A stretch of 32,000 nucleotides of DNA, taken from Bifidobacterium longum subsp. longum JCM 1217. Lineage in GTDB: Bacteria > Actinomycetota > Actinomycetes > Actinomycetales > Bifidobacteriaceae. Positions 1-9,741 of this stretch are shown here, one piece after another. Location of the stretch: positions 1,710,001 to 1,742,000 of the forward strand of contig NC_015067.1 of assembly GCF_000196555.1 (NCBI RefSeq), written 5' to 3'. The stretch's first letter is position 1. Every line of letters begins with the position of its first letter. Below the pieces are notes generated by a model, which searched no databases, was not told the DNA's origin, and worked only from the letters and a program-made list of their open reading frames with translations. Both the position numbers and the translations under genes were made by a program.

Positions 1-444
1 GCCTGCGCCCCCACCGAGAACCTGTATTTGCAGGGCCGTCAGGATACCTTCCCCAAGCGCCGTGGCATCACGCGAGTCAAGGAGCTCACTGAGGCGGGTG
101 TCAATGTGTCATTGGGCCAGGATTCAATGCAGGACCCGTGGTACCCGTTGGGCAATGGCAATATGATGCTCATTCTTGATTATGTGCTGCATTTGGCACA
201 GATGATGAGCTTTGAAGAAATCGACGATGCGTTGAAGTTCCTGACCGTCAACGGTGCCACTACGTTGGGCCTGCGCGATATGTACGGCTTGGAAACGGGC
301 AAGCCAGCAAACTTCATTGTGCTGGACGCCGATAGCGTGTTCAACGCCGTGTATGAGCGCTGCTCGGTATTGCGTTCGGTGCGCGCCGGCCGCACGCTGT
401 TTACCCGCGAGGAGACCATCGACACCGGACTCGCCCTGCTGTAA
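1..444 (+). CDS. C-terminal part of a cytosine deaminase-like amidohydrolase (5' end lies outside the window)
   Basis: Frame 1 is open from base 1 to the TAA at 442-444. The tail ...RRGITRVKELTEAGVNVSLGQDSMQDPWYPLGNGNM... resembles the C-terminal region of CodA-type amidohydrolases (DPWYPLG block). Confidence 0.7.
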   Translation, partial: ACAPTENLYLQGRQDTFPKRRGITRVKELTEAGVNVSLGQDSMQDPWYPLGNGNMMLILDYVLHLAQMMSFEEIDDALKFLTVNGATTLGLRDMYGLETGKPANFIVLDADSVFNAVYERCSVLRSVRAGRTLFTREETIDTGLALL

Positions 445-462
445 TAATCCGACACAAACAGT

Positions 463-588
463 AGCTCCCCTTGACAGGGGAGCTGTCGCCAGAGGCAACT
501 GAGGGGTAGACCACAAACGTGCACATCATGTGTGCGCAGGTCTACCCCTCAGTCAGCTTCGCTGACAGCTCCCCTGTCAAGGGGAGCT
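463..588. repeat. Composite GC-rich palindromic (REP-like) element between convergent genes; probable bidirectional terminator
   Basis: Outer arms 463-487 (agctccccttgacaggggagctgtc) and 564-588 are exact reverse complements. Inner arms 499-512 (ctgaggggtagacc) and 539-552 are also exact reverse complements. There is a central gcaca-tcatg-tgtgc hairpin. Each outer arm is itself a GCTCCCC-loop-GGGGAGC hairpin. Confidence 0.8.
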
Positions 589-623
589 TTGCTGGTATGC
601 GCTAGCTACGCTATCGAAACGGA

Positions 624-3233
624 CTACTCCTGCGGAGCGTCACCGGAATCGGCGGGAGCGGATTCGGCCGGCTCAGTGGCCGGAGTGGCGTCGGCTGGAG
701 TCTCGCCATCAGTGGCGGCACCGTCTTCGGCGGGCTTATCGGCGGCGGCCGGCTCCTCGAACTCCTCACCCTTGAAGGTGAATTCGCCGAGGATACCCTC
801 GCCTTCCGCATCCACAATCACGCGCTGACCGTCTTCGAGATCGCCCATCAGGATCTTCTCGGAGATGGCGTCCTCGATGTCGCGCTGAATCACGCGGCGC
901 AGCGGACGGGCACCGAGCAGCGGGTCGAAGCCCTTCTGCGCGAGCAGGTCCTTGGCGGCGTCGGTGAGTTCGAGCGACATATGACGGTCGAACAGGCGGT
1001 CGTTGAGCTGCTTGACGTCCAGATCCACGATCTGGCGCACCTGCGGCTCGGTGAGCTGCTTGAAGACGATGATGTCGTCCAGACGGTTCAGGAACTCCGG
1101 GCGGAACTGCTGCTTCAATTCGGAGCTGACCTGGTCCTTCATGCGCTGGTAGCTGGACTCGTTGTTGGCACCTAGGTTGAAGCCCGTGTTGGCGGCCTTG
1201 GCGATGTCTCGCGTACCGAGGTTGGTGGTCAGGATGATGATGGTGTTCTTAAAGTCCACCTTGCGGCCCTGACCGTCGGTCAGGTGGCCGTCATCGAGCA
1301 CCTGCAGCAACGTGTTGAAGATGTCCGGATGAGCCTTTTCGATCTCGTCGAACAGCACCACGGAGAACGGCTTGCGGCGCACCTTTTCGGTGAGCTCGCC
1401 GCCTTCCTCGTAGCCGACGTATCCCGGAGGCGCACCGAAGAGTCGCGAAGCCGCGTACTTCTCGGAGAACTCGGACATATCCACGCGAATCAGCGCGTCC
1501 TCATCGTCGAACAGGAATTCGGCGAGCGTCTTGGCCAGCTCGGTCTTGCCGACGCCGGTGGGGCCGGCGAAGATGAACGAGCCGGACGGGCGCTTCGGGT
1601 CCTTCAGACCCACGCGAGTACGGCGGATAGAGCGGGACAGGGCGGAAACCGCCTCGTCCTGGCCGATGATGCGCTTGTGCAGTTCGGCTTCCATGTTGAG
1701 CAGTTTCTTGGACTCGGCCTGAGTCAGCTTGAACACCGGGATACCGGTGGTGGAGCTGATGACCTCGGCGATCACGTCCTCGTCCACGACCATCTTGACG
1801 TCGGACTCGCCTTCGCGCCAGGAGTCTTCCTTCTGCTTGCGATCGGCTTCCAGCTTCTCCTGCTTGTCGCGCAGTTCGGCGGCCTTCTCGAAGTCCTGGC
1901 CCTTGATGGCCTCGTCCTTGTCGGCGGCGATCTTGGCGATCTTCTCGTCGAGTTCCTTGAGCTCAGGCGGGGCGGTCAGGCGCTTGATGCGCAGGCGTGC
2001 ACCGGCCTCATCGATCAGGTCGATGGCCTTGTCAGGCAGATTACGGTCCTGGATGTACCGGCTGGACAGCTCTGCGGCGGACTGCAGCGCGCCATCGGTG
2101 ATGGTCACGTGGTGGTGGTTCTCGTAACGGGAACGCAGGCCCTTCAGGATCTCGATGGTCTCGGCGATGGTCGGCTCGTGCACCTGAATCGGCTGGAAAC
2201 GGCGTTCCAGAGCCGCGTCCTTCTCGATGTACTTGCGGTACTCGTCGGTGGTGGTGGCACCAATGGTCTGGAGCTCGCCACGGGCCAGCATCGGCTTCAA
2301 CATGTCGGAGGCACCCAGCGCGCCGTCAGCCGAGCCGGCGCCCACGATGGTGTGGATCTCGTCGATGAACAGCACGATATCACCACGGGTCTTGATTTCC
2401 TTCAGCACCTTCTTCAGGCGCTCCTCGAAATCACCACGGTAGCGGGAGCCGGCCACCATGGAACCGAGGTCCAGCGAGTAGACCTGCTTGCCCTTCAGGG
2501 TTTCCGGCACGTCGCCGGCTTGGATCTTCTGGGCCAAGCCTTCGACCACAGCGGTCTTGCCCACGCCGGGCTCGCCGATCAGCACCGGGTTGTTCTTGGT
2601 GCGGCGGGAGAGCACGACCATAACACGCTCAATCTCGTTGGTACGGCCGATGACCGGGTCCAGCTTGCCTTCAGCGGCTTCGGCGGTCAGGTTGCGGCCG
2701 AACTGATCGAGGATGGCGGAACCGGACTTGTTCTGCTTGTCCGTCACGCCGCCGGCGTTGGCCAAGTCGCCCTTGCCGTCACCGGTGCCGGTGCCGGAGT
2801 TGCCGCGAATCATATCGATGGTCGCGCTACGCAACTCGCCCAGATCGACGTCCATCTTGATGAGCACCTGGGTGCCCACGCCTTCGCCTTCGCGAATCAG
2901 GCCGAGCAGGATGTGCTCGGTGCCGATGTAGCTGTGGCCCAGCTGCAGGGCTTCACGCAGCGAAAACTCCAACACCTGCTTGGCGTGCGGAGTAAAGGGG
3001 ATGTGCCCGTTCGGAGCCGCGTTGCCCTTGCCGATCATTTCTTCAACCTGCTTGCGGGTGGCATCCAGCTCCACGCCCTTCGAGGCGAGTGCCTTGGCGG
3101 CTACACCCTCACCTTCGCGGATCAGGCCGAGCAGCAGGTGTTCGGTGCCGATGTAGTTGTGCTGAAGGGCCCTCGCCTCTTCCTGCGCCAACACGATCAC
3201 GCGCCGTGCACGGTCGGTAAACCGTTCGAACAT
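624..3233 (-). CDS. clpC: ATP-dependent Clp protease ATP-binding subunit ClpC (class III stress AAA+ chaperone)
   Basis: 869-aa ORF. N-terminal Clp repeat [37 protein letters not shown]. Two AAA+ modules (GEPGVGKT and GPTGVGKT Walker A motifs). UVR-like linker and an acidic tail. Confidence 0.97.
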   Translation of the reverse strand: MFERFTDRARRVIVLAQEEARALQHNYIGTEHLLLGLIREGEGVAAKALASKGVELDATRKQVEEMIGKGNAAPNGHIPFTPHAKQVLEFSLREALQLGHSYIGTEHILLGLIREGEGVGTQVLIKMDVDLGELRSATIDMIRGNSGTGTGDGKGDLANAGGVTDKQNKSGSAILDQFGRNLTAEAAEGKLDPVIGRTNEIERVMVVLSRRTKNNPVLIGEPGVGKTAVVEGLAQKIQAGDVPETLKGKQVYSLDLGSMVAGSRYRGDFEERLKKVLKEIKTRGDIVLFIDEIHTIVGAGSADGALGASDMLKPMLARGELQTIGATTTDEYRKYIEKDAALERRFQPIQVHEPTIAETIEILKGLRSRYENHHHVTITDGALQSAAELSSRYIQDRNLPDKAIDLIDEAGARLRIKRLTAPPELKELDEKIAKIAADKDEAIKGQDFEKAAELRDKQEKLEADRKQKEDSWREGESDVKMVVDEDVIAEVISSTTGIPVFKLTQAESKKLLNMEAELHKRIIGQDEAVSALSRSIRRTRVGLKDPKRPSGSFIFAGPTGVGKTELAKTLAEFLFDDEDALIRVDMSEFSEKYAASRLFGAPPGYVGYEEGGELTEKVRRKPFSVVLFDEIEKAHPDIFNTLLQVLDDGHLTDGQGRKVDFKNTIIILTTNLGTRDIAKAANTGFNLGANNESSYQRMKDQVSSELKQQFRPEFLNRLDDIIVFKQLTEPQVRQIVDLDVKQLNDRLFDRHMSLELTDAAKDLLAQKGFDPLLGARPLRRVIQRDIEDAISEKILMGDLEDGQRVIVDAEGEGILGEFTFKGEEFEEPAAADKPAEDGAATDGETPADATPATEPAESAPADSGDAPQE

Positions 3234-3382
3234 GCTTGTCCTTCCTCAATTGACATTCCGTCTTACTCTACCGATTCACGATGACGTTTATTCATCGGAT
3301 TCCACGAATTGCGCCGTGAGAGGAGAAGAAAACGATATGCTGGTTCTAGATTCACCCGTAGTCGATTACAAGGAGGCTCGAA

Positions 3383-4348
3383 ATGAGTGAAGCTGCAACC
3401 AAGCCCGACATCGTTGTCGGTGTGGATGGTTCCGATGAATCCTTTGCCGCGCTGAAGTGGGCGCTTGAGGAGGCCTCGTTAACCGGTCAGAGCGTCAACG
3501 CCGTGTTTGGCTGGACGCATTCCTGGGATATGGGGTCCGAACCGGACAGCGACGAGGCCTGGGCCAAGGTCCGCCACGATATTGCCAACGAGCTGCGTGT
3601 GTGGGTCGACAAGGCCGCTGCAGGCATCGACTTCGATCCGGCGAATCTGAAGCTCACCTCGGTGAAGGCCTCCGGTACTTCGGCCCTGCTGCAGATCGGC
3701 CATGATTCGCAGCAGATCGTGGTCGGCCGCCGCTCGCTGAGCCGTATGGCCCGCTGGTTCATGGGGTCCCTGTCCGCTTCGCTGGCCGAGGCCGCCGAAG
3801 TGCCGGTGACCGTGGTGCGCATCGCCGGCAGCGAGGATGAGACCGTGACCGAGGCCATTGCCAACGCCCTGACTCCGGGAGACAAGCCCGTTCACTACAC
3901 GCAGCCTCAGCCGGTGGTTGAGGAGGCTCGCCGCCCGGTGGTGGTTGGTGTGGATGGTTCCGAGACTTCCCGCCGTGCGTTCGATTTCGCACTGGAAGAA
4001 GCACGACTGCACGACGCGCCGCTGCATGTGATGTTCTGCTGGCAGCTCAAGGATTTGGGCGTTATTCCGGGCTATGAGAACGCCGTGGCACCGGTGAAGG
4101 TCGGTCAGCGCCGCGCCGAGGAGATTCTCTCTGAGCTGATGGCCAAGGCCCGGATTCCCGATGGCGTCAAGGTCAGCACAAACGCCTTCCATATTCCCGC
4201 ATCCAAAGGTCTGATCGCGGCCTCGCGGTACGCCAGCCATCTGGTGGTCGGCTCGCGTGGCCTGTCCGGGCTGGACGCGCACTTCCTGGGATCGGTGTCC
4301 CGCCAGATCGTGAACTTCGCCGAATGCACGGTGACCGTGGTGCACTGA
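3383..4348 (+). CDS. Universal stress protein family protein with two tandem Usp domains
   Basis: 321 aa. Two repeats open with IVVGVDGSDES.. and VVVGVDGSETS.. and close with ..VVGSRGLSGL..GSVS... AAGGAGG Shine-Dalgarno at 3370-3376. Divergent from clpC. Confidence 0.85.
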   Translation: MSEAATKPDIVVGVDGSDESFAALKWALEEASLTGQSVNAVFGWTHSWDMGSEPDSDEAWAKVRHDIANELRVWVDKAAAGIDFDPANLKLTSVKASGTSALLQIGHDSQQIVVGRRSLSRMARWFMGSLSASLAEAAEVPVTVVRIAGSEDETVTEAIANALTPGDKPVHYTQPQPVVEEARRPVVVGVDGSETSRRAFDFALEEARLHDAPLHVMFCWQLKDLGVIPGYENAVAPVKVGQRRAEEILSELMAKARIPDGVKVSTNAFHIPASKGLIAASRYASHLVVGSRGLSGLDAHFLGSVSRQIVNFAECTVTVVH

Positions 4349-4385
4349 TTCACCAAAATCGGCATGGAGTGCTAACGCACGCCTC

Positions 4386-4434
4386 GGTGATGGGCTTGCA
4401 GGGAGGAATTCTTTATTCCTGCAACCCCATCACC
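4386..4434. terminator. Long hairpin between convergent usp and DUF3027 genes (candidate bidirectional terminator)
   Basis: ggtgatggg (4386-4394) pairs with cccatcacc (4426-4434). An inner ttgcagg/cctgcaa stem is also present. A T-run follows a few nt downstream. Confidence 0.5.
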
Positions 4435-4459
4435 ATCTACTTTTCGCGGAATTCGGAGT

Positions 4460-5647
4460 TTATTCCTCGTCCGCCCTGTTCTGGCGCAGCTGCTCAATGA
4501 GATCGATGACGGTTTCGAGTTCAGGAGTCACATCGTCTGAAGGACGAACGTTATCCTCTTCGTCGTCCATCTCATCATCCTCATCATCATCGGCAACGGT
4601 GTTGTTGAGGATATCCTCTTCGGTGGCCTCGTCGTCAGCATCAGACTTGGACTCGTCGCTGGAATCAGCTGCATCAACATCCACAACGGAATCGGATGCG
4701 TTCTGTGCAACGGACTCATCACCGGCAGACTGGGATTGCGAGGTCCCGTCGCCTGCCGCCTCCTCAGCGGGCTCAGTATCGACGGCGTTCCCGTCAACAG
4801 TCTTCTGTGCTTCGATATCATCACCGGCAGGCTCGCCTGTCTTGTCGGTTTCGCCTTCGGCCTCGTCCTGGGCAGCCGGTTCCTGCTTGCGCGGACGGTT
4901 GGCCACCACGTCGATATGCAGATCGTCGAAAGCAGGCTTGGACTGCACCCACAGCTGGCTTGGCTCGGGAGGTTCGATTTCGGAATGCTCACCGCAGCCG
5001 TGGTCCAAGGAAACCACGCGGCCGTCATCCGGACTCCACTTGTTGGCGCACACGCCGAACATACGGTCGAGTTCGCCCGCGAGCGGCACGAAGAAACCAC
5101 AGGTGGAGCACAGGTTGCCTTCGGCGGTTTTGGTGCTCAACGCTTTGGGGCCTCGCGGACCTTCATACCAGCGCTTGGCAGCCTGCGCGCGGCCCAGCGA
5201 GGTCAGCACGTGACGGCGGGTCAGTCGGAAGGTCTCGACGGCGTCGTTGACATCCTGCAGCGAGGATTCCTCGACTTCGCCTTCCTCGATGCGCTCGTCA
5301 TCCGGATCGGTACCGATCGAATCGGTGGGAGCCAGATCCGTGGGCTCAAGGCGATCCCTCCAAGGAATCCACTTGGGCGGCATCAACGCGCCCTCAGTAG
5401 GGATCAAGGAGGATTCGTTGACGGTCCAGGAGTCGATCTCCTCGTCGTGATACAGCGTCACCGACCATTGCCATCCTTCGTAGCCACGGATATTCGCGGC
5501 GAAGCGGAAGTCAGTGACGTGATCCTCAAGATCATATGAGGTAACGAAATCCCCCACCTGATCGCTCTCGTCGGCCACTTCGAGCAGCACGGCGCGCGCG
5601 ATGGCGTGAGGGTCCGGTGTCACGATGGTTTCGGTGGTATCAGTCAT
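4460..5647 (-). CDS. DUF3027-like protein with a Cys/His cluster and a long acidic C-terminal tail
   Basis: 395 aa. Block CSTCGFFVPLAGELDRMFGVCANKWSPDDGRVVSLDHGCGEHSE is typical of the actinobacterial DUF3027 family, which sits next to a cold-shock-domain gene. The C-terminal ~150 aa are D/E/S-rich. Confidence 0.7.
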   Translation of the reverse strand: MTDTTETIVTPDPHAIARAVLLEVADESDQVGDFVTSYDLEDHVTDFRFAANIRGYEGWQWSVTLYHDEEIDSWTVNESSLIPTEGALMPPKWIPWRDRLEPTDLAPTDSIGTDPDDERIEEGEVEESSLQDVNDAVETFRLTRRHVLTSLGRAQAAKRWYEGPRGPKALSTKTAEGNLCSTCGFFVPLAGELDRMFGVCANKWSPDDGRVVSLDHGCGEHSEIEPPEPSQLWVQSKPAFDDLHIDVVANRPRKQEPAAQDEAEGETDKTGEPAGDDIEAQKTVDGNAVDTEPAEEAAGDGTSQSQSAGDESVAQNASDSVVDVDAADSSDESKSDADDEATEEDILNNTVADDDEDDEMDDEEDNVRPSDDVTPELETVIDLIEQLRQNRADEE

Positions 5648-5655
5648 AGATCAGA

Positions 5656-6045
5656 TCAGTCCTGTACATCGAATTGATCCGCCACCGCACGCAGCAACGT
5701 GGCCAGCTTTTTGCTGTCGGCAGCAGATGGGTAACGGTGACGGCGCAACGTATTGCCGGCCGCATCAAGCATCTTGATGAGGTCCTCGCAGATGGCGGCC
5801 ATGTCATCCGCCTTCGGGCGGGTGGCCTTGACCAAGCTGGGAGCGGAGGCGATCAGGCGAACATCCATGGCCTGCGGCCCACGACGGCCGTCCACCACGG
5901 AATACTCCACCTTGGCCCCCTTGCGCAACGTGGTGACGCCAGTGGGTAGGGCCTGAGCCGGCAGGAACACGTCCTTGCCTTCCTCACTGGTGATGAAGCC
6001 ATAACCCTTGGCTGCGTCAAACCAACGAACTCGACCGGTGGGCAT
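5656..6045 (-). CDS. Cold-shock domain protein with a C-terminal extension
   Basis: 129 aa. N-terminus MPTGRVRWFDAAKGYGFITSEEGKDVFLP carries RNP1-like KGYGFI and RNP2-like DVFL motifs. About 60 extra C-terminal residues. Lies 8 nt upstream of the DUF3027 gene. Confidence 0.85.
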   Translation of the reverse strand: MPTGRVRWFDAAKGYGFITSEEGKDVFLPAQALPTGVTTLRKGAKVEYSVVDGRRGPQAMDVRLIASAPSLVKATRPKADDMAAICEDLIKMLDAAGNTLRRHRYPSAADSKKLATLLRAVADQFDVQD

Positions 6046-6114
6046 TGCGAACCTTCCTTAATCCTCAATGGAAATAGTAAACCGAAGGTACAGTTTACCT
6101 CACAGGGCTTGACC

Positions 6115-8106
6115 TCACGCTTTGGGCTGAGTCGCCTGAGTCTTACGCTCAGAGCTGAACCAAGAAGTCTTCTGTTTGGCGTCCTTGGTTTTGCCGGTGG
6201 ACTGCTTGGGCTCAGGAGCGGCGATCTGCTCAATCGGCAGCACCACGGTGAAGGTCAGGCCTCCCCCATCGGTGCCGGTGGCGCAGATAAAGCCGTGATG
6301 TGCTTTGACCACGGATTGCGCGATGGCCATGCCCAAACCAGTACCGCCCTTTTCGCGGGCACGGGATGGGTCCGCGGTGTAGAAGCGTTCGAAAATCTTC
6401 GAGCGCGATTCAGGCGGCACGCCGGGGCCATGGTCCACGAAACGCAATACGGCATATCGATAGCCGGTCTGCATCGAGGCACCTACTTCGGCAGCGTCGA
6501 TGAACCGCCGCATTGACGCGTCGCTGGCGGGCATGCGGGCGAGCTGTCTTGGATCGATGGCGGCCGGCATCACACCGAGCGCGGCTTCAGCGGGCGAATC
6601 GGCAGGCGTGTAGCGGTGGATGTTGCCCACGATGTTGGTCACCACCTGGCGCAGTCGAGAGGCATCACCGGGCAGTACGACCTCAGGCCAATCGCCTTCG
6701 GCAAGGCTGAATTCGGCGGGATGGTTCAAATCGCGCGCCGGTTCGAGGGAAATCTGCATGCGGCGAACGGCACGGTCCGGGTCGAGCGCATGCAAATCGT
6801 CGACGGCGTCGGTGACCAGCGACGAGAGTTTCACCGTGCCGGTCATATCGATGCCGCGCCCCTCATCGAGACGGGCCAAAGACAGCAGATCCTCAACAAG
6901 AACAGTCATGCGCTGGCTGGACCGTTCGATATGTTCGATGGACTCGTCCGCACGCTCCAAGGCACCAGGCATATCGCGCTGCATCTTATACAGCTCCGCA
7001 TAGCCATGGATGGCGGCCAACGGGGTGCGCAGCTCATGGCTGGCGTCGGAGACGAACCGTTTCATCTTGTCGGTGGTCTCCTCCTGCTCATGGAAACTGG
7101 ATTCTATTCGGGTGAGCATGGAATTCAGCGAGGCGGCCAGAGAGCCGACCTCGGTGTTTTCCGGCGCGGAAGGAATACGTTGGCTCAGGTCGCCGGCTGC
7201 AATTTTCGCGGCGGTCTTCTCGATGCGCTTCAGCGGCGTCATCGTGTGCTGGATGATCAGCGTGGACAGGGAGCCGCCGAGCAGCACCACGGCGATGCCG
7301 ACCACAATGCAGTATCGGGTGAGTGTGTTGACGGTGTCGATTTGGTCGGCCAGCGACAAGCCGATGTACACCACGGCACGGTCCTTGCCGTTTTGCTGGA
7401 AGGTCACCGGCAGAATACGCCATGGTGCCCTCGCCGTGACGATGGCGGCATGGTTGGCATTGGCAGTGGGGTTGGCCAGTACCTTGGTGATGGTGTCAGA
7501 GGAATTGGAGTTTCCGTTGGCCGGATCGTTCTGGCTGTCCGCACTGTCGGACTGCACCGTGATGATCTGCTTGGCCACCGCCTGCGTAGTGAATGCCTGA
7601 CCGAGCGTGATGCCATTGGTATCGCCATAGGTAGGCAGAATCGGCACCGATACGATACCGTCCTGCATCTGCGGCATCAGCGGGGTCACGACCAGAGGAT
7701 TGCCTTCTTTGTCTTTGGTTCCGTCGGTGTATTGAATCTGCAGAAAGTACGAGTTCGGCCCCGATGAGTCATTTTTTGACAGCAGATCGATATTGTTGAC
7801 CACCAGTTGGCTTTGCGAGCTTAACTGGGTGTCGGTTTTCTGCAGCATGTAGTTGTTCACCAACGCGCGGATGGAGAAGGAAATCACCGACACGCCGATG
7901 AGCAGCACGGCGATGGTGCAGGCCACCAGCTTGCTGCTCAACGAGATACGGTCGATATGCCGCATCAGCATGTTTTTCTTACGCTCGCGCTGCTCTTGGA
8001 AATGGGCGGCGAACGGCGACATTGCAGGCATGGGATTCGTGTTCGGGGCGGCGTTCGGCGTGCTGCTCGGCGGTACGCCGCCTGACTGCTTATCGGGGAT
8101 ACTCAT
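6115..8106 (-). CDS. Two-component sensor histidine kinase (two TM helices, large extracytoplasmic loop, HAMP, HisKA, HATPase_c)
   Basis: 663 aa. H-box FVSDASHELRTPLAAIHGYAEL. N, G1 and G2 boxes (VVTNIVGNIHRYTP, DHGPGVP, GGTGLGMAIA). TM helix LVACTIAVLLIGVSVISF and a second one before the HAMP region. Confidence 0.9.
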   Translation of the reverse strand: MSIPDKQSGGVPPSSTPNAAPNTNPMPAMSPFAAHFQEQRERKKNMLMRHIDRISLSSKLVACTIAVLLIGVSVISFSIRALVNNYMLQKTDTQLSSQSQLVVNNIDLLSKNDSSGPNSYFLQIQYTDGTKDKEGNPLVVTPLMPQMQDGIVSVPILPTYGDTNGITLGQAFTTQAVAKQIITVQSDSADSQNDPANGNSNSSDTITKVLANPTANANHAAIVTARAPWRILPVTFQQNGKDRAVVYIGLSLADQIDTVNTLTRYCIVVGIAVVLLGGSLSTLIIQHTMTPLKRIEKTAAKIAAGDLSQRIPSAPENTEVGSLAASLNSMLTRIESSFHEQEETTDKMKRFVSDASHELRTPLAAIHGYAELYKMQRDMPGALERADESIEHIERSSQRMTVLVEDLLSLARLDEGRGIDMTGTVKLSSLVTDAVDDLHALDPDRAVRRMQISLEPARDLNHPAEFSLAEGDWPEVVLPGDASRLRQVVTNIVGNIHRYTPADSPAEAALGVMPAAIDPRQLARMPASDASMRRFIDAAEVGASMQTGYRYAVLRFVDHGPGVPPESRSKIFERFYTADPSRAREKGGTGLGMAIAQSVVKAHHGFICATGTDGGGLTFTVVLPIEQIAAPEPKQSTGKTKDAKQKTSWFSSERKTQATQPKA

Positions 8107-8136
8107 GAGATTGCGATACGTTATGGATGGAGGCGA

Positions 8137-8868
8137 TTAGTTCTTCGGTTCGCGAATCATGTATCCGATGCCGCGCTTGGTTTCGATCAGCGGAGTCACC
8201 TTGCGCTTGCCGCCTTCGCCGTCGTCGACCTCGATGCCGTCGACTTTCTTGCGCAGGTAGGAGATGTACGATTCGACGATGGCTGCGTCGCCGCCCCAGT
8301 CGTATTGCCAGACATGGTCGAGAATCTGTGCCTTGGACAGTACTCGGCCCTCGTTGTCCATCAGGTAGCGCAGCAGCTTGTATTCGGTAGGGCTCAGGTC
8401 AACCGGCTGCCCTGCACGGGTCACGTCGTGGGAGTCCTCGTTGATTTCCAAGTCGGCGACGCGAATAATCGGATCGTCTTCCACCTGTTCGCGGGTACGG
8501 CGCAGAATGGCGCGGATGCGAGCCACGACTTCCTCGAGGCTGAACGGCTTGGTGACGTAATCGTCACCGCCGACGGTCAGGCCCATGATCTTGTCTTGGG
8601 TGTCGTCACGAGCGGTGAGAAACAGCACAGGGGCGTTAATGCCTTCCTGGCGGATGCGACGGGTGACGGTGAATCCATCGATGTCAGGCAGCATGACGTC
8701 CAACACGATGAGGTCAGGCTGCACTTTTTCGATAACCTCAATGGCTTCGGAACCGGAAGCGGCGGTGTTTACCTCGAATCCGGCGAAGTGCAGGGAAGCG
8801 ACCAGCAGTTCTCGGATGGACGGCTCGTCGTCGACAACAACAATCGATGCTTCAATAGGCTTACTCAT
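8137..8868 (-). CDS. OmpR/PhoB-family response regulator
   Basis: Receiver domain (VVVDDEPSIRELL...DLIVLDVMLPDIDG) plus winged-helix output (...LSPTEYKLLRYL...RGIGY). I prefer the ATG at 8868 (MSKPIEAS...), which overlaps the upstream gene by 8 nt. The ORF-track start at 8913 would overlap it by 53 nt. Confidence 0.9.
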   Translation of the reverse strand: MSKPIEASIVVVDDEPSIRELLVASLHFAGFEVNTAASGSEAIEVIEKVQPDLIVLDVMLPDIDGFTVTRRIRQEGINAPVLFLTARDDTQDKIMGLTVGGDDYVTKPFSLEEVVARIRAILRRTREQVEDDPIIRVADLEINEDSHDVTRAGQPVDLSPTEYKLLRYLMDNEGRVLSKAQILDHVWQYDWGGDAAIVESYISYLRKKVDGIEVDDGEGGKRKVTPLIETKRGIGYMIREPKN

Positions 8869-9667
8869 GCTTCCTAGAGTGTCGCGCTCTTCTGGGCGTT
8901 TCCTGAATGTCATCTTGGAGTTCGGCCTTGGAATCCTTCTTGATCTCCTTGCGCCGATGAATCACCACCATGACCACGATGATGATGACCAGCGCCACCA
9001 ATACCACACCCATGATGATTATGCCTACGATCACCGTGGACGATGAGGTGGAGGCTTTTTTGGATTTCACGATTTGATCCATCATTGCCGTTGCCGCGCC
9101 AGACCAGCTCGGCGGGTTTTCCAGTAACGGCTGCTGTGCGGCTTCGGATAGCTTATCGACGGTTTTGTTATCGAGAAGCCACTTATCGGAGTTCTTGGAC
9201 ACGACGACCACCAGGTTGCCGTCATTCGAGGCCACGGCAAGCATCACTGTGTTCGGCTTGGGATTCATGGACTCCATCACGGTTGCCGCCCAGTCTCCCG
9301 GTTTCTGTTGACTATTGAAACTGGAAAGATACAGCAGATGCACGTGTACACCGGTTTCCTTCTCGGTTTTGGCGATGGCATCCGTGACTTCGGCCGCATG
9401 GGAGCCCAGGAGATTTTCCGTATCCGTGATGTTCTCGGTGATGGTCACGCCGCTGTCGGTGCTGCTGCTGGAGCTGTCAGAGCTGTCGCTCGAGTTATCC
9501 CCATAGGCATTTGCGGTTATCCACATTGCGTTCATCGCTACTGCAGCAAGGGCGCAAATGGCGCAAACAAGCCATTTTCGGACCATATTCCCGAAGGCCG
9601 AATAGGACGGCTCCGAAGCTAGGACCACAATAGTTGTTTTTCCGTCTTCCCGATTCGTTGTTGACAT
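8861..9667 (-). CDS. TPM-domain membrane protein (N-terminal TM/signal, Ser/Asp-rich linker, TPM fold, C-terminal TM and basic tail)
   Basis: ITDTENLLGSHAAEVTDAIAKTEKETGVHVHLLYLSSF...NTVMLAVASNDGNLVVVV matches the TPM (TLP18.3/Psb32/MOLO-1) pattern. ATG at 9667 is preceded by GGTGGAGG. The ORF-track start at 9712 is an alternative. Confidence 0.7.
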   Translation of the reverse strand: MSTTNREDGKTTIVVLASEPSYSAFGNMVRKWLVCAICALAAVAMNAMWITANAYGDNSSDSSDSSSSSTDSGVTITENITDTENLLGSHAAEVTDAIAKTEKETGVHVHLLYLSSFNSQQKPGDWAATVMESMNPKPNTVMLAVASNDGNLVVVVSKNSDKWLLDNKTVDKLSEAAQQPLLENPPSWSGAATAMMDQIVKSKKASTSSSTVIVGIIIMGVVLVALVIIIVVMVVIHRRKEIKKDSKAELQDDIQETPRRARHSRKHE

Positions 9668-9741
9668 ATCCTCCACCTTAACGGCCGGTATTGGCAATCG
9701 GCCGCCATACATACCATTAACCCTCTAGAAAAGGAGCAACG

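Noticed and set aside
1-39. Encoded peptide ..TENLYLQGR.. resembling a TEV protease site (ENLYFQG), a possible sign of an engineered construct
   Set aside because: It is one residue off the TEV site and sits in frame within a natural CodA-like amidohydrolase, with no tag or vector sequence around it. I treat it as coincidence.
254-828. Short ORFs (254-502, 532-828, 124-516, 180-524) containing ..APLSRGA.. peptides
   Set aside because: They are read-through translations of the palindromic repeat at 463-588. The same peptide appears on both strands because the DNA is a palindrome.
1284-3284. 666-aa ORF antisense to clpC
   Set aside because: Typical high-GC antisense open frame. The translation is low-complexity (L/G/A/V/D/H-rich) with no motifs, while the opposite strand encodes an unmistakable ClpC.
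3234-3382. ClgR-type operator (CGC-N5-GCG core) in the clpC/usp divergent promoter region
   Set aside because: No CGC-N5-GCG palindrome is present. There is only a CGATGA-N7-TCATCG inverted repeat (3279-3297) and a TTGACA hexamer (3250-3255), which I cannot tie to a known regulator.
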